A DNA stretch of 64,000 bases from an uncultured Bacteroidales bacterium (GTDB lineage: Bacteria > Bacteroidota > Bacteroidia > Bacteroidales > UBA10428), in NCBI GenBank assembly GCA_963800645.1, contig CAWDBX010000011.1, positions 64,831 to 128,830 on the forward strand. Direction: 5' to 3'. Positions 9,981-19,137 of the stretch are shown piece after piece. The position numbers were made by a program, and so were the translations under genes. Position 1 is the first letter of the stretch. Each line of letters opens with the position of its first letter. Below the pieces are notes generated by a model. The model saw only the letters and a program-made list of their open reading frames with translations, was not told where the DNA came from and did no database searches.

Positions 9981-10781
9981 ATGATGAGCATAAGGCAAAA
10001 ATATGGTTCGCTGGCATTGGTAGCCGGTGCTTCTGAAGGGATCGGGGCAGCCTTCTCCGGTTACCTGGCAGCAGCCGGAATGGACCTTGTGCTGGTGGCC
10101 AGGCGCAAAGAACCATTGGATCAGCTGGCAACCCTTTTGATGAATCAATATGGCATTCAGGTGACCTGTATCAGCTGTGATCTTTCAGATCCCGATGCGG
10201 CATTTGCCATTCGGGAAGCACTGAAGGGCAAAGAGATCAATATGCTGGTGTATAATGCAGCCATGTCCTATATCGGACCGTTTGAACAAAACAGCATGGA
10301 ACATCAGACCCGAATTGCCTTTGCCAATATGATCACCCCCATGAATATGCTGCGTATTTTCGGAGAGCCTATGTTGCATGAAGGCAAAGGTGCCGTTATT
10401 CTGATGGCTTCACTGGCAGGTTTTCAGGGTAGCGGGTTTTTAGCGACTTATGCGGCTTCGAAGGCTTTTACCAGGATATTGGCTGAGAGCCTCTGGTACG
10501 AATGGAAAAACCGGGGAGTGGATGTCATAGCCTGTTGTGCAGGGGCCACATCAACCCCGAATTTTATCAATACAAAGCCTCAAAAAACCAGTTTTTTTGC
10601 TCCACGAGTGGAAAGTCCCGAAGAAGTTGTTCAGGCCTGCATGACCCGTTTGGGCAGAAAGCCGTCTTTTATTTCAGGCCGGGGTAACAGGATAGCCAGT
10701 TTCATCATGCAAAAAATACTACCCCGGGAGATGGCCATCAACCTCATGGGAAACAACACCCGAAAAATGTACAACCTTTAA
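9981..10781 (+). CDS. SDR family oxidoreductase
   Basis: Contains ..VAGASEGIGAAF.. (Rossmann glycine motif), ..NAAM.. and the YAASK catalytic motif. Confidence 0.85.
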   Translation: MMSIRQKYGSLALVAGASEGIGAAFSGYLAAAGMDLVLVARRKEPLDQLATLLMNQYGIQVTCISCDLSDPDAAFAIREALKGKEINMLVYNAAMSYIGPFEQNSMEHQTRIAFANMITPMNMLRIFGEPMLHEGKGAVILMASLAGFQGSGFLATYAASKAFTRILAESLWYEWKNRGVDVIACCAGATSTPNFINTKPQKTSFFAPRVESPEEVVQACMTRLGRKPSFISGRGNRIASFIMQKILPREMAINLMGNNTRKMYNL

Positions 10782-10809
10782 GCAGGGCTTTTATCAACAG
10801 CTTACTCCA

Positions 10810-11886
10810 CTAATAAATGAAGGGAATGATTCGGTAGGGTACTTTTTTTTCATACTGTTCCCACAGCGGCCCGTATTTCATGGCACAACGTTTATTGTCG
10901 GCCAGCTGCCGGGTCCCCAGCAGCGCCACATAGTACAAGGGATAGAGCCATGGCCAGATGATCTGAGGATGACCTGTACAGAGAACAATACCGACAGCCA
11001 TCCCAACCTCACCCAAATAATTGATGTGTCTGCTCATGCTCCAAAATCCACCCACCAACAAGGTGTTATTGCCATCGGTTATTGTTTTTGGCACCATGCC
11101 CAGGAAAGCCCGCCTGGGATCCTTTTTGAAATAGTATTTCTGCAAATTAGCTCCACGCGATAAGCCCCAACTGACAAAAAATATCACTCCGTACAGGATC
11201 AGCAGGTAGCCGGGTGTTTGAGCATCCGGGAGGCTGACCGTTGACCATAAAGGAACAGCATAGAAATAGGGATAAAATGCAAGACACCCCCAGCCCAGTT
11301 TGAAACCAACCCGCTCAGCTAAAAAATCATACGTATAAAGGTGCACTTCTTCAAAGGTGAGGTAGTCGATGATAAAAAAGGAAAGCAAGGCCACAGCCAA
11401 ATACAGACCAGGGGACGCCTGACCGTCATATACAACCAGGTGGTGGGCCATAAAACTGAGGATATTCAGTTCCAGCATAATGGCGCCCACCAAATACAAC
11501 CACATTTTTGCATCAATTCGTCCTCCCCACAACCGGGGATTCTCCAATCTCCCGAGATAGAAATCAGCCAGAAAAGATTTCCTCACGGCCGGAAAGGGCA
11601 AAACTACGGCGAAAGAAAAAATCAGGCCGAAGATTATTGCTCCTGCGGCTCCGTACCAACGGTATTCATAGAACCAATCCCACGACATCAGCCCAAAATA
11701 GCAAACCAGAATCCAGGTGAACAGCACGGTGACCAGCACCAGGAGCCCGTTAAGCCGGTACCTGAGTTTGACTCCCTGACGGCCGGTTACGTAGCCTGTA
11801 ACCCATCGTCCGGGCAGTAATGCATTCAATATAAAAATCCAGAGATAAACCAGTACCGGGGCCAAAAAACCAAATAATTTTTCCAT
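10810..11886 (-). CDS. ERG4/ERG24-type sterol reductase family membrane protein
   Basis: 358-aa polytopic ORF. The C-terminus ..SRHINYLGE...RQLADNKRCAMKYGPLWEQYEKKVPYRIIPFIY matches the sterol C14/C24 reductase signature. Confidence 0.75.
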   Translation of the reverse strand: MEKLFGFLAPVLVYLWIFILNALLPGRWVTGYVTGRQGVKLRYRLNGLLVLVTVLFTWILVCYFGLMSWDWFYEYRWYGAAGAIIFGLIFSFAVVLPFPAVRKSFLADFYLGRLENPRLWGGRIDAKMWLYLVGAIMLELNILSFMAHHLVVYDGQASPGLYLAVALLSFFIIDYLTFEEVHLYTYDFLAERVGFKLGWGCLAFYPYFYAVPLWSTVSLPDAQTPGYLLILYGVIFFVSWGLSRGANLQKYYFKKDPRRAFLGMVPKTITDGNNTLLVGGFWSMSRHINYLGEVGMAVGIVLCTGHPQIIWPWLYPLYYVALLGTRQLADNKRCAMKYGPLWEQYEKKVPYRIIPFIY

Positions 11887-11992
11887 GTGAATGGCTTTAG
11901 TGTGGGATGAAATTATTAAAAAAATATGAAAGCAGTTTGGATGTCAAAATAATAAAATTGAATGCTATGCATATCCGTAACGGACAACACTG

Positions 11993-12000
11993 TATATTTG
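11993..12000 (+). promoter_or_regulatory. -7 box TATATTTG upstream of uppP
   Basis: Exact TAnnTTTG match, 40 nt before the ATG at 12040. Confidence 0.4.
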
Positions 12001-12039
12001 CCCCTTTGAATTTTAATAACCAGAGCTTAATAGTGCTGC

Positions 12040-12874
12040 ATGAATACCATTCAATGCATTATAATTGCTATTGTTGAAGGAATAACGGAGTTCCTTCCGA
12101 TATCCAGCACAGGTCACATGATCATTGCCCAGAAATTACTGGGTGTGCAAAGCAGTGAATTTGTTAACTTGTTTACTGTCAATATTCAGTTTGGAGCCAT
12201 TCTTTCGGTTGTTGTTTTGTATTGGAAGAAGTTTATTGAGCCATTAAATCTGAGAAACATTCAGGGTTCCTGGTGGAAAAGGTTTAGTCACCGGTTTGAT
12301 TTTTATCTGAAGTTACTGGTAGCCTTTCTGCCGGCAGCCTTTTTTGGTCTTGCTTTTTAACGAATTACATCAATACTTTGCTCGAAAGTGTTGTTGTGGT
12401 GGCTGTTTCACTGGTGCTTGGCGGAATTGTCCTGCTTTTTGTCGATAATTGGTTTAAAAAGCCTGCAGAAAACCAGGAAATAAATTATCCCAAAGCCCTA
12501 AAAATTGGCTTTTTTCAGGTAATATCCATGATCCCGGGTGTTTCAAGGGCCGCTGCCACCATAATTGGCGGTCTTACCCAAAAGCTAACGCGAAAAATGC
12601 TGCCGAGTTTTCCTTCTTTCTGGCTGTTCCCACTATGCTGGCAGCTTCAGTGCTTGAAATGTATAAAAACTACCAGGCCATCACGGCTGAAAATATCTGC
12701 CTATTGTTGATTGGAAATGCCGTGGCCTTTGTGGTGGCCATGGTGGCCATAAAGGGTTTCATTTCATTCTTAACACGCCATGGATTTAAGGTGTTCGGCT
12801 ATTACAGAATAATAGTCGGATTGGTAATATCTCATTCTGCTATGCTGGGGATCGATTTGAATATGGTTGGATAA
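12040..12874 (+). pseudogene. uppP: undecaprenyl-diphosphate phosphatase UppP/BacA, frameshifted
   Basis: ..[17 protein letters not shown].. motif. Three consecutive overlapping ORF fragments (12040-12360, 12378-12710, 12635-12874) together cover one UppP. Confidence 0.85.
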
Positions 12875-12940
12875 TGTCTATATGCTTGCACAGTCATGTA
12901 CCCTCGTGCCTTGTCCCTTGTCCCTCATCGCTCGTCCCTA

Positions 12941-14225
12941 TTAAATTCCCTCCTTCATCTTGGGTTTAATGATCAGCCTTAGGCTTTGGTCATAGGTGAA
13001 ATAATAATATGCCCAGTTGATGAAAATCAGCAACCTGTTTTTAACACCAACTATGGCCATGAGATGAATAAACATCCAGAAGAACCAGGCCAGCAATCCC
13101 TGAAACCTTAAATAGGCCAGGTCAACCACAGCCCTGTTGCGGCCTACGGTGGCCAGGGTTCCCAGATCATGGTAAGTAAAAGGATTCATTGCCGTGTTTT
13201 TTCCCAACCGCTTCAAATTGTCGCGCCAAGCATTTCGCCTGCTGAATGGCCACCTGGGCAACCTGGGGATGGCCGTTGGGATATTTTTCTTCGGTCATAT
13301 AAGCCAGGTCACCAATGGCAAAAATATTGCGATATCCTTCAACCCTGTTATAGCGGTCCACCGCAAACGGTTTCCACGGGTAATGGTATGTTCGCTCAGT
13401 CCATCGATGCGAATTGCCCTTGATGCCCGCTGCCCATATGAGGGTATGGGATTTCAGGGTGGTGCCGTCACTCAGGAATACCGTGTCGCCGTTAAAATCC
13501 TTCACCAGTTTATTTAACACAACAGTAATACCGAGTTTTTCCAGATATCTTAATGCCTTGGCGGAAGATTTTTCTGACATTCCACCCAACAGCCTGTCTC
13601 CGTTTTCGATCAGGAAAATGACCATCGTTTGAAAGTCCAGTTCGGGATAGTCCTTGGGCAAAACAAAATTCTTCATTTCGGCAAGTGCCCCGGATACCTC
13701 CACGCCTGTGGGCCGCCACCTACGATCACCATATTCATCAGTGCGTCTTGTTCCTCCGGATCGGTTGTATTCAAGGCTTTTTCGAAATTATTGAGAATGG
13801 TGTTTCTCAAACCAAGGGATTCGCCCACACTTTTCATGGGCAGCGAGAACTTGCTGATGGAGGAATTACCAAAGAAATTATTGCCGGCTCCCATGGCCAG
13901 TACCAGATAATCATAGTGCAGATTGCCTATGCTGGTCTCAATTTCGTTTTGTTCGGGATTTACCTTTTTTACCCTGGCCATCCGGACATGAATATTCTTA
14001 TAACCCTGGAAAATTTTCCGCAACGGAAAGGAAATGGCACTTGGTTCAATGCCCGCTGTGGCTACCTGGTAAAACAGGGGCTGAAAGGAATGAAAATTGT
14101 TTTTATCCAGCAGATACAACCTGGAAACCATTGCCTGCAAGGTGCCGGGCGAGCCTTAGCCCGCCAAATCCGGCACCTGCAATAACAACACGTTTCTGAT
14201 GAGTGTCGGGAATATTGGCTAACAT
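12941..14225 (-). pseudogene. ndh: type II NADH dehydrogenase (NDH-2), frameshifted
   Basis: The ATG at 14225 gives MLANIPDTHQKRVVIAGAGFGGL (FAD GxGxxG). Later fragments contain ..VIVGGGP.. and ..IFAIGDLA... There are at least 3 frame changes. Confidence 0.85.
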
Positions 14226-14351
14226 ATATGGTTTTTTATTTGTTATTTGAATAACACTGCAGGTCCTGATTGTTTAAAGCAATACCGGTGATGTATGAAA
14301 ACATGTTGTGCCAAAAGTTGTTAAATTAGCTGTACAACAAATATTATCATT

Positions 14352-15134
14352 ATGGGCAATACAATAAAAATAATTTCATGGAATGTTAACGGCATCACGG
14401 GCACAGGTTGGAAAAGGATTTTTATGAAACGGTCAGGAACTTGAATCCTGATATTTTGTGCATTCAGGAAACCAAAGCACAGCACGGATACCATGCCGGC
14501 TATTCCAAAGGAAATGGATGGGTATGAATTGTGTTTGAATTCAGCTGTTCAGAAAGGATATTCCGGAACAGCCGTATTGTCAAGCGATATAAACCCATCA
14601 GCTGCAGCTGGATATCGGAAAGGAGGAACATGACCAGGAGGGACGGGTAATTACCCTTGAATATCGACGCCTTTTACCTGGTGAATGTCTATGTTCCGAA
14701 TTCCGGACAGGAATTAAAACGACTGAATTACCGGAAAGAATGGGATCAGCATCTGTTGGAATATCTTCGGAAGCTTGATGCAAAAAAGCCGGTTATTTTT
14801 ACCGGTGATCTGAATGTTGCCCATGAACCTATTGATCTGGCCAGGCCGGATGAAAATTATAATAAAACTGCCGGATATACCCAGGTGGAGATCGATGGAT
14901 TTAAAAATTTTCTGAACATGGGATTGGTTGATACTTACAGGAAAATGCACCAGGGATAGGGTACAGTATTCATACTGGAGCATGCGGTTCAGGGCGCGTG
15001 AAAAGAACCTGGGCTGGCGGATCGATTATTTTCTGGTGAGTGAAAGATTGATGCCGAAAGTAAAGGATGCCTTTATCCTCGATCAGTTGATGGGTTCGGA
15101 TCATTGTCCGGTGGGGATTTTGTTGACAGCATAA
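14352..15134 (+). pseudogene. xth: exodeoxyribonuclease III, frameshifted
   Basis: Fragments read MGNTIKIISWNVNGI.., ..LVNVYVPNSG.., ..FTGDLNVAHEPIDL.. and ..RIDYFLVS...GSDHCPV.., in several frames. Confidence 0.85.
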
Positions 15135-15140
15135 AAGAAA

Positions 15141-15163
15141 AGCGTAGTCGCAGACTACGCTTG
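15141..15163. terminator. hairpin AAGCGTAGTC-GCA-GACTACGCTT
   Basis: Perfect 10-bp stem between the xth stop and the 3' end of tRNA-Phe (convergent). Confidence 0.6.
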
Positions 15164-15174
15164 GCCTTATTTGT

Positions 15175-15247
<73 letters not shown>

Positions 15248-15264
15248 TTTTTTTCCGGCGCTGC

Positions 15265-15272
15265 AAATCTAA
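15265..15272 (-). promoter_or_regulatory. -7 box TAGATTTG upstream of tRNA-Phe
   Basis: Exact TAnnTTTG on the minus strand, 17 nt before the tRNA 5' end. Confidence 0.35.
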
Positions 15273-15365
15273 AGAAAAAAACAATTCAGCAAAACTTTTT
15301 TTAAAAATTATAACATCTGCCAAGGGCAGCTGTTTATACCTTTTATTGTTACTTTTGCTACCACT

Positions 15366-16592
15366 ATGTCGAACCGGAATATCAAATTCATACATTATCA
15401 ATGGTATCAGGCTGGTGCACAGGTCTGTAAACAGTCCGGTTGCCCATCTCGGCCTGTTCATCAATACCGGTTCGCGCGATGAACAGGTTGATGAGCATGG
15501 TCTGGCCCACCTGATAGAACATATGTTATTCAAGGGCACCACCCGACGAAAAGCCTATTACATATTAAGCCGTATGGAAGATGTGGGGGGTGAATTGAAT
15601 GCCTATACCACAAAGGAAGAGACTTGTATACACGGAACATTTTTTAACCAGTATTATGCCCGTGCCATGGAATTGATAAGCGATATTGCTTTCGATTCCG
15701 CCTTTCCGGCAAATGAGCTGAAAAAGGAGCGTGAGATTATACTCGATGAGATCAATTCCTACAAAGATTCTCCCTCTGAATTAATTTTTGATGAGTTTGA
15801 GGAGTTGTTGTATGATGGTAATCCATTGGCCCGTAATATTCTTGGCAGTGAGGAGGGGCTCAAAACATTCACCACGGATCACATCCGGCAATTCATACAC
15901 CGCAACTACGCCACCGATCAAATGGTAGTGTCCTCGGTTGGGAAAATTGAATTTAAAAAACTGGTACGATTGTTCGAGATCTATTTTGCCGTTCCAGCCA
16001 TGCAGGCTGTGAACAACAGGGTATCGGTCACCTACGATTACAAACCGGTATACCGGAAACTGGAACGCAATACTTCCAGGCACACTGTATCATCGGGAAT
16101 CTGGCCTACAAGATCGATGATAAAAGACGACTGGCCCTGTACCTGCTGAACAATTATCTGGGCGGACCCGGCATGAATTCAAGATTGAACCTCGCGCTGC
16201 GTGAACGCAGGGGATATGCCTACACCATTGATTCCATGTATACCTCTTATGCCGATACAGGAAATATTACCATTTATTACGGAACCGACAAATCGCTGAT
16301 CGAGAAGTGCAAGAGTATTATCCTGAAAGAGTTTCAGCAACTCCGTGAAAAATCTCTCACCCAGGTAAAGCTTCAGAAGGCCAAACGACAGGTGCTCGGG
16401 CATATTGCCATTTCTTCCGAGAATAATGAAAATTATATGCTTTCGATGGGGAAGAGCCTGATGGTTTTCAACAAGGTTGAATCGCTGGAGGAGATCGGCA
16501 GAAATATTGAAGCCATTACTTCGAGACAGCTGCTTGAGATTGCAAATGACGTGCTCGATTCCGAAAAACTTTCCTATTTGATTTATCATTAA
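15366..16592 (+). pseudogene. M16 family (pitrilysin-like) zinc peptidase, frameshifted
   Basis: HxxEH zinc motif (..LAHLIEHMLFKGT..). The N-terminus is split over three frames (MS / EPEYQIHTLS / NGIRLVHR) and there is another shift near 16075. The ORF-track start at 15220 overlaps the tRNA and is not real. Confidence 0.8.
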
Positions 16593-16598
16593 GTCTAT

Positions 16599-17252
16599 AT
16601 GATAACTGCGGATCACTTCAGTGAAATCATGGAATATGCGCTTCAGCATACCACGGCTGAAGATGAGGTTTTAAGCCTGTTATGCCGCGAAACCAACCGG
16701 AAAACCGTTTATCCGCGCATGCTGTCGGGTCACCTGCAGGGTAAATTGCTGGAAATGTTCAGTTGCATGATTCAACCTTCACGAATTCTGGAGGTGGGCA
16801 CTTTCACCGGATATTCCGCCATCTGTCTGGCCAAAGGACTTCGGGAAGACGGATTGGTGCATACAATTGATATCAACGACGAACTTGCGGAAATGGCGTT
16901 GAAATATTTCACATTGGCGGGGATGAGTCAAAAGATAAGGCTCCATACCGGCGATGCCCGGGTGATCATTCCAACCCTGGAGGAACAGTTTGACCTGGTG
17001 TTTATCGATGGCAACAAGGAACAGTACCTGCAGTATTATGAGGAGGCCATGAAAAAGTTGAAAACAGGCGGGTTTATTCTGGCCGACAATGTTTTGTGGA
17101 ACGGAAAGGTGCTGCCGCGATATAAAGGCAGCGATAAAGAAACTTCGGGCATCCGCAATTTCAACCATTTTGTATCAGGCGATTCCCGGGTTAATAAATT
17201 TCTGCTTCCATTCAGGGATGGATTGTTTATCTTGCGTAAAATATCAGACTGA
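16599..17252 (+). CDS. class I SAM-dependent O-methyltransferase (caffeoyl-CoA OMT-like)
   Basis: ..ILEVGTFTGYSAICLA.. SAM motif, followed by ..VFIDGNKEQY.. and ..ILADNVLWNG... Confidence 0.85.
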   Translation: MITADHFSEIMEYALQHTTAEDEVLSLLCRETNRKTVYPRMLSGHLQGKLLEMFSCMIQPSRILEVGTFTGYSAICLAKGLREDGLVHTIDINDELAEMALKYFTLAGMSQKIRLHTGDARVIIPTLEEQFDLVFIDGNKEQYLQYYEEAMKKLKTGGFILADNVLWNGKVLPRYKGSDKETSGIRNFNHFVSGDSRVNKFLLPFRDGLFILRKISD

Positions 17253-17283
17253 AACCACTGAACATTTTTTGCAGGGGTTTGTT

Positions 17284-17291
17284 TAAATTTG
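17284..17291 (+). promoter_or_regulatory. -7 box TAAATTTG upstream of the MerR/B12 regulator
   Basis: Exact TAnnTTTG, 17 nt before the ATG at 17309. It is flanked by the 7-bp inverted arms TTTGTTT...AAACAAA. Confidence 0.4.
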
Positions 17292-17308
17292 GAAAATAAA
17301 CCAAACAA

Positions 17309-18196
17309 ATGGGTGCGTATACCATACGTGAACTAGAAAATTTATCGGGAATAAAAGCCCATACCATTCGTATATGGGAAAAAAGATACGGTCTTATCGC
17401 CCCCCAGCGTACATCGACGAATATCAGATCCTATTGCGATACGGAGCTGAGAAAGCTATTGAATATATCCATCCTGAACCGAAACGGGATCAAAATTTCC
17501 AAGATTGCACAATTGTCGGCCGATGAAATCATTACCAAAATAAATCAGTATTCACAGGAAATTACCAGTGCGGAAAGCCAGATTGAAGGTCTGACAGTGG
17601 CCATGATTGATCTGGATGAATACCGGTTTGAGCAGGTACTGGCCAGATCCATCATTCACTATGGATTTGAGGATGCTGTGATGCAAGTCCTTTATCCCTT
17701 CTTTGTAAGGATCGGATTAATGTGGCAGACCGGCTCGATCAATCCGGCGCAGGAACATTTCATCACCAACCTGGTCAAGCAGAAATTCTTTGTGGCCATC
17801 GACGGACTGGTGGTTAACAGCAAACCGCAGGCTCGCAGGTTTGTTTTTTTCTTGCCCGAAGGGGAACTGCATGAGATCGGACTTTTATTTTCGTGCTACC
17901 TGGCGAAAAAGAGGGGACATCATACCCTGTATCTGGGACAATCGATGCCCATGAGCGATCTGGCAGAGGTCCTGCGGATTTATCATTTTGATTACCTGGT
18001 GACGGCGCTGACCACTTCTTTTAGCGGAAATGATCCGGTACTTTATACCAAAGCACTGGCTGATAATTTTAAAGGCCAGAGGATATTCATTTCGGGTTCC
18101 AGGATCTCTGATCTGGAAACGGCGCTGCCTGACAATATTACCCTTCTTTCTTCTCCCCATCAGTTCATCGAAGAGCTGGATAAGATAGCTTCTTAA
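17309..18196 (+). CDS. MerR-family, cobalamin-binding transcriptional regulator (CarH/LitR-type)
   Basis: N-terminal MerR HTH (YTIRELENLSGIKAHTIRIWEKRYGLI). W139-x9-E149-H150 (..MWQTGSINPAQEHF.., W codon 17723-17725). E186-x-H188-x-x-G191 (..EGELHEIG.., His codon 17870-17872). Confidence 0.8.
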   Translation: MGAYTIRELENLSGIKAHTIRIWEKRYGLIAPQRTSTNIRSYCDTELRKLLNISILNRNGIKISKIAQLSADEIITKINQYSQEITSAESQIEGLTVAMIDLDEYRFEQVLARSIIHYGFEDAVMQVLYPFFVRIGLMWQTGSINPAQEHFITNLVKQKFFVAIDGLVVNSKPQARRFVFFLPEGELHEIGLLFSCYLAKKRGHHTLYLGQSMPMSDLAEVLRIYHFDYLVTALTTSFSGNDPVLYTKALADNFKGQRIFISGSRISDLETALPDNITLLSSPHQFIEELDKIAS

Positions 18197-18299
18197 CCGG
18201 CACCGTTTCAGCTGTACTTTTACGGATGACTTTTCGAAATTATTCATAATAAGGATATTAAGATCGGCTATTATAATGTTGAGCAGTTAATTCAGATAA

Positions 18300-18358
18300 T
18301 TAAACACTCTTTTAACGTCTCATTAACATTATTTACTATTTAGAAGTTATTTAGAAAG
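18300..18358 (+). repeat. five 11-bp phased direct-repeat units (TAAAC/TTAAC/TTAAC, then TATTTAGAA x2)
   Basis: AAC occurs at 18303, 18314 and 18325. TATTTAGAA occurs at 18337-18345 and 18348-18356. All are in one 11-bp register. Confidence 0.4.
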
Positions 18359-18491
18359 TCCTTGCAGTATCCCTGAATTGGCGTAAAAAATGATATATTT
18401 CATGTTTATCAAAGTAGGATAATTTTAAGAAATTTTAACTATTTTTAATTATTCTAAATAAAAAATATTTGGTCAATGTTTAAAGAATAAT

Positions 18492-18499
18492 TAATTTTG
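18492..18499 (+). promoter_or_regulatory. -7 box TAATTTTG upstream of the ECF sigma gene
   Basis: Exact TAnnTTTG, 29 nt before the ATG at 18528. Confidence 0.4.
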
Positions 18500-18527
18500 A
18501 TGAACAAAAATAAAACAAAATATAGCC

Positions 18528-19034
18528 ATGACTGCCATAGAATTTAATTATCAGCTGACAAGTCTCAGCGACAGTCTTGAAAGGTTCGCTTACAGCCTTA
18601 CCTCGAATAAGGAAGATGCCCGTGATCTGTTGCAGGAGACTTTTGTAAAAGCCATATCATATCGTGATAAATTCGCCGATGATACCAACCTGAAAGCTTG
18701 GACATTTACGATCATGAAGAATACCTTTATTAATAATTACCGCCGGTTGGTGAAGGCGAACACTACCTTTGACCATACCGACGATCTGTATTTTCTTAAT
18801 CTGAGCCGGGAGTCGGGCGTTGAAACTCCCGAGTCTACGGTTTCCGCCAAAGAAATTGAAAAACATATCGAACGGCTCGAAGAGGAGTTCAAAGTCCCCT
18901 TCAACATGCATTTGCAGGGTTACAAGTACAAGGAGATCGCCGACAATCTGGGACTAAAGATTGGCACGGTAAAAAGCCGGATCTTCTTCACCCGCAAGCG
19001 ACTGATGAATTCGCTCGGAGTCGGATACAACTAG
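18528..19034 (+). CDS. RNA polymerase sigma-70 family (ECF-type) sigma factor
   Basis: 168 aa with region 2 (..ARDLLQETFVKA..) and the region 4 HTH (..YKEIADNLGLKIGTVKSRIFFTRKRL..). Confidence 0.85.
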   Translation: MTAIEFNYQLTSLSDSLERFAYSLTSNKEDARDLLQETFVKAISYRDKFADDTNLKAWTFTIMKNTFINNYRRLVKANTTFDHTDDLYFLNLSRESGVETPESTVSAKEIEKHIERLEEEFKVPFNMHLQGYKYKEIADNLGLKIGTVKSRIFFTRKRLMNSLGVGYN

Positions 19035-19075
19035 GTTTTTTGGGTTTGGTTAAATGAGTTAGGTGTTTATAATGA

Positions 19076-19099
19076 CCCCGCCATTGGCGGGGTTTTTTT
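19076..19099 (+). terminator. rho-independent terminator CCCCGCC-ATT-GGCGGGG + T7
   Basis: Perfect GC-rich 7-bp stem followed by TTTTTTT, 40 nt after the sigma gene stop. Confidence 0.8.
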
Positions 19100-19137
19100 G
19101 TCAACAGTTTTATTAAATTTGCACCACTTAATTAACC

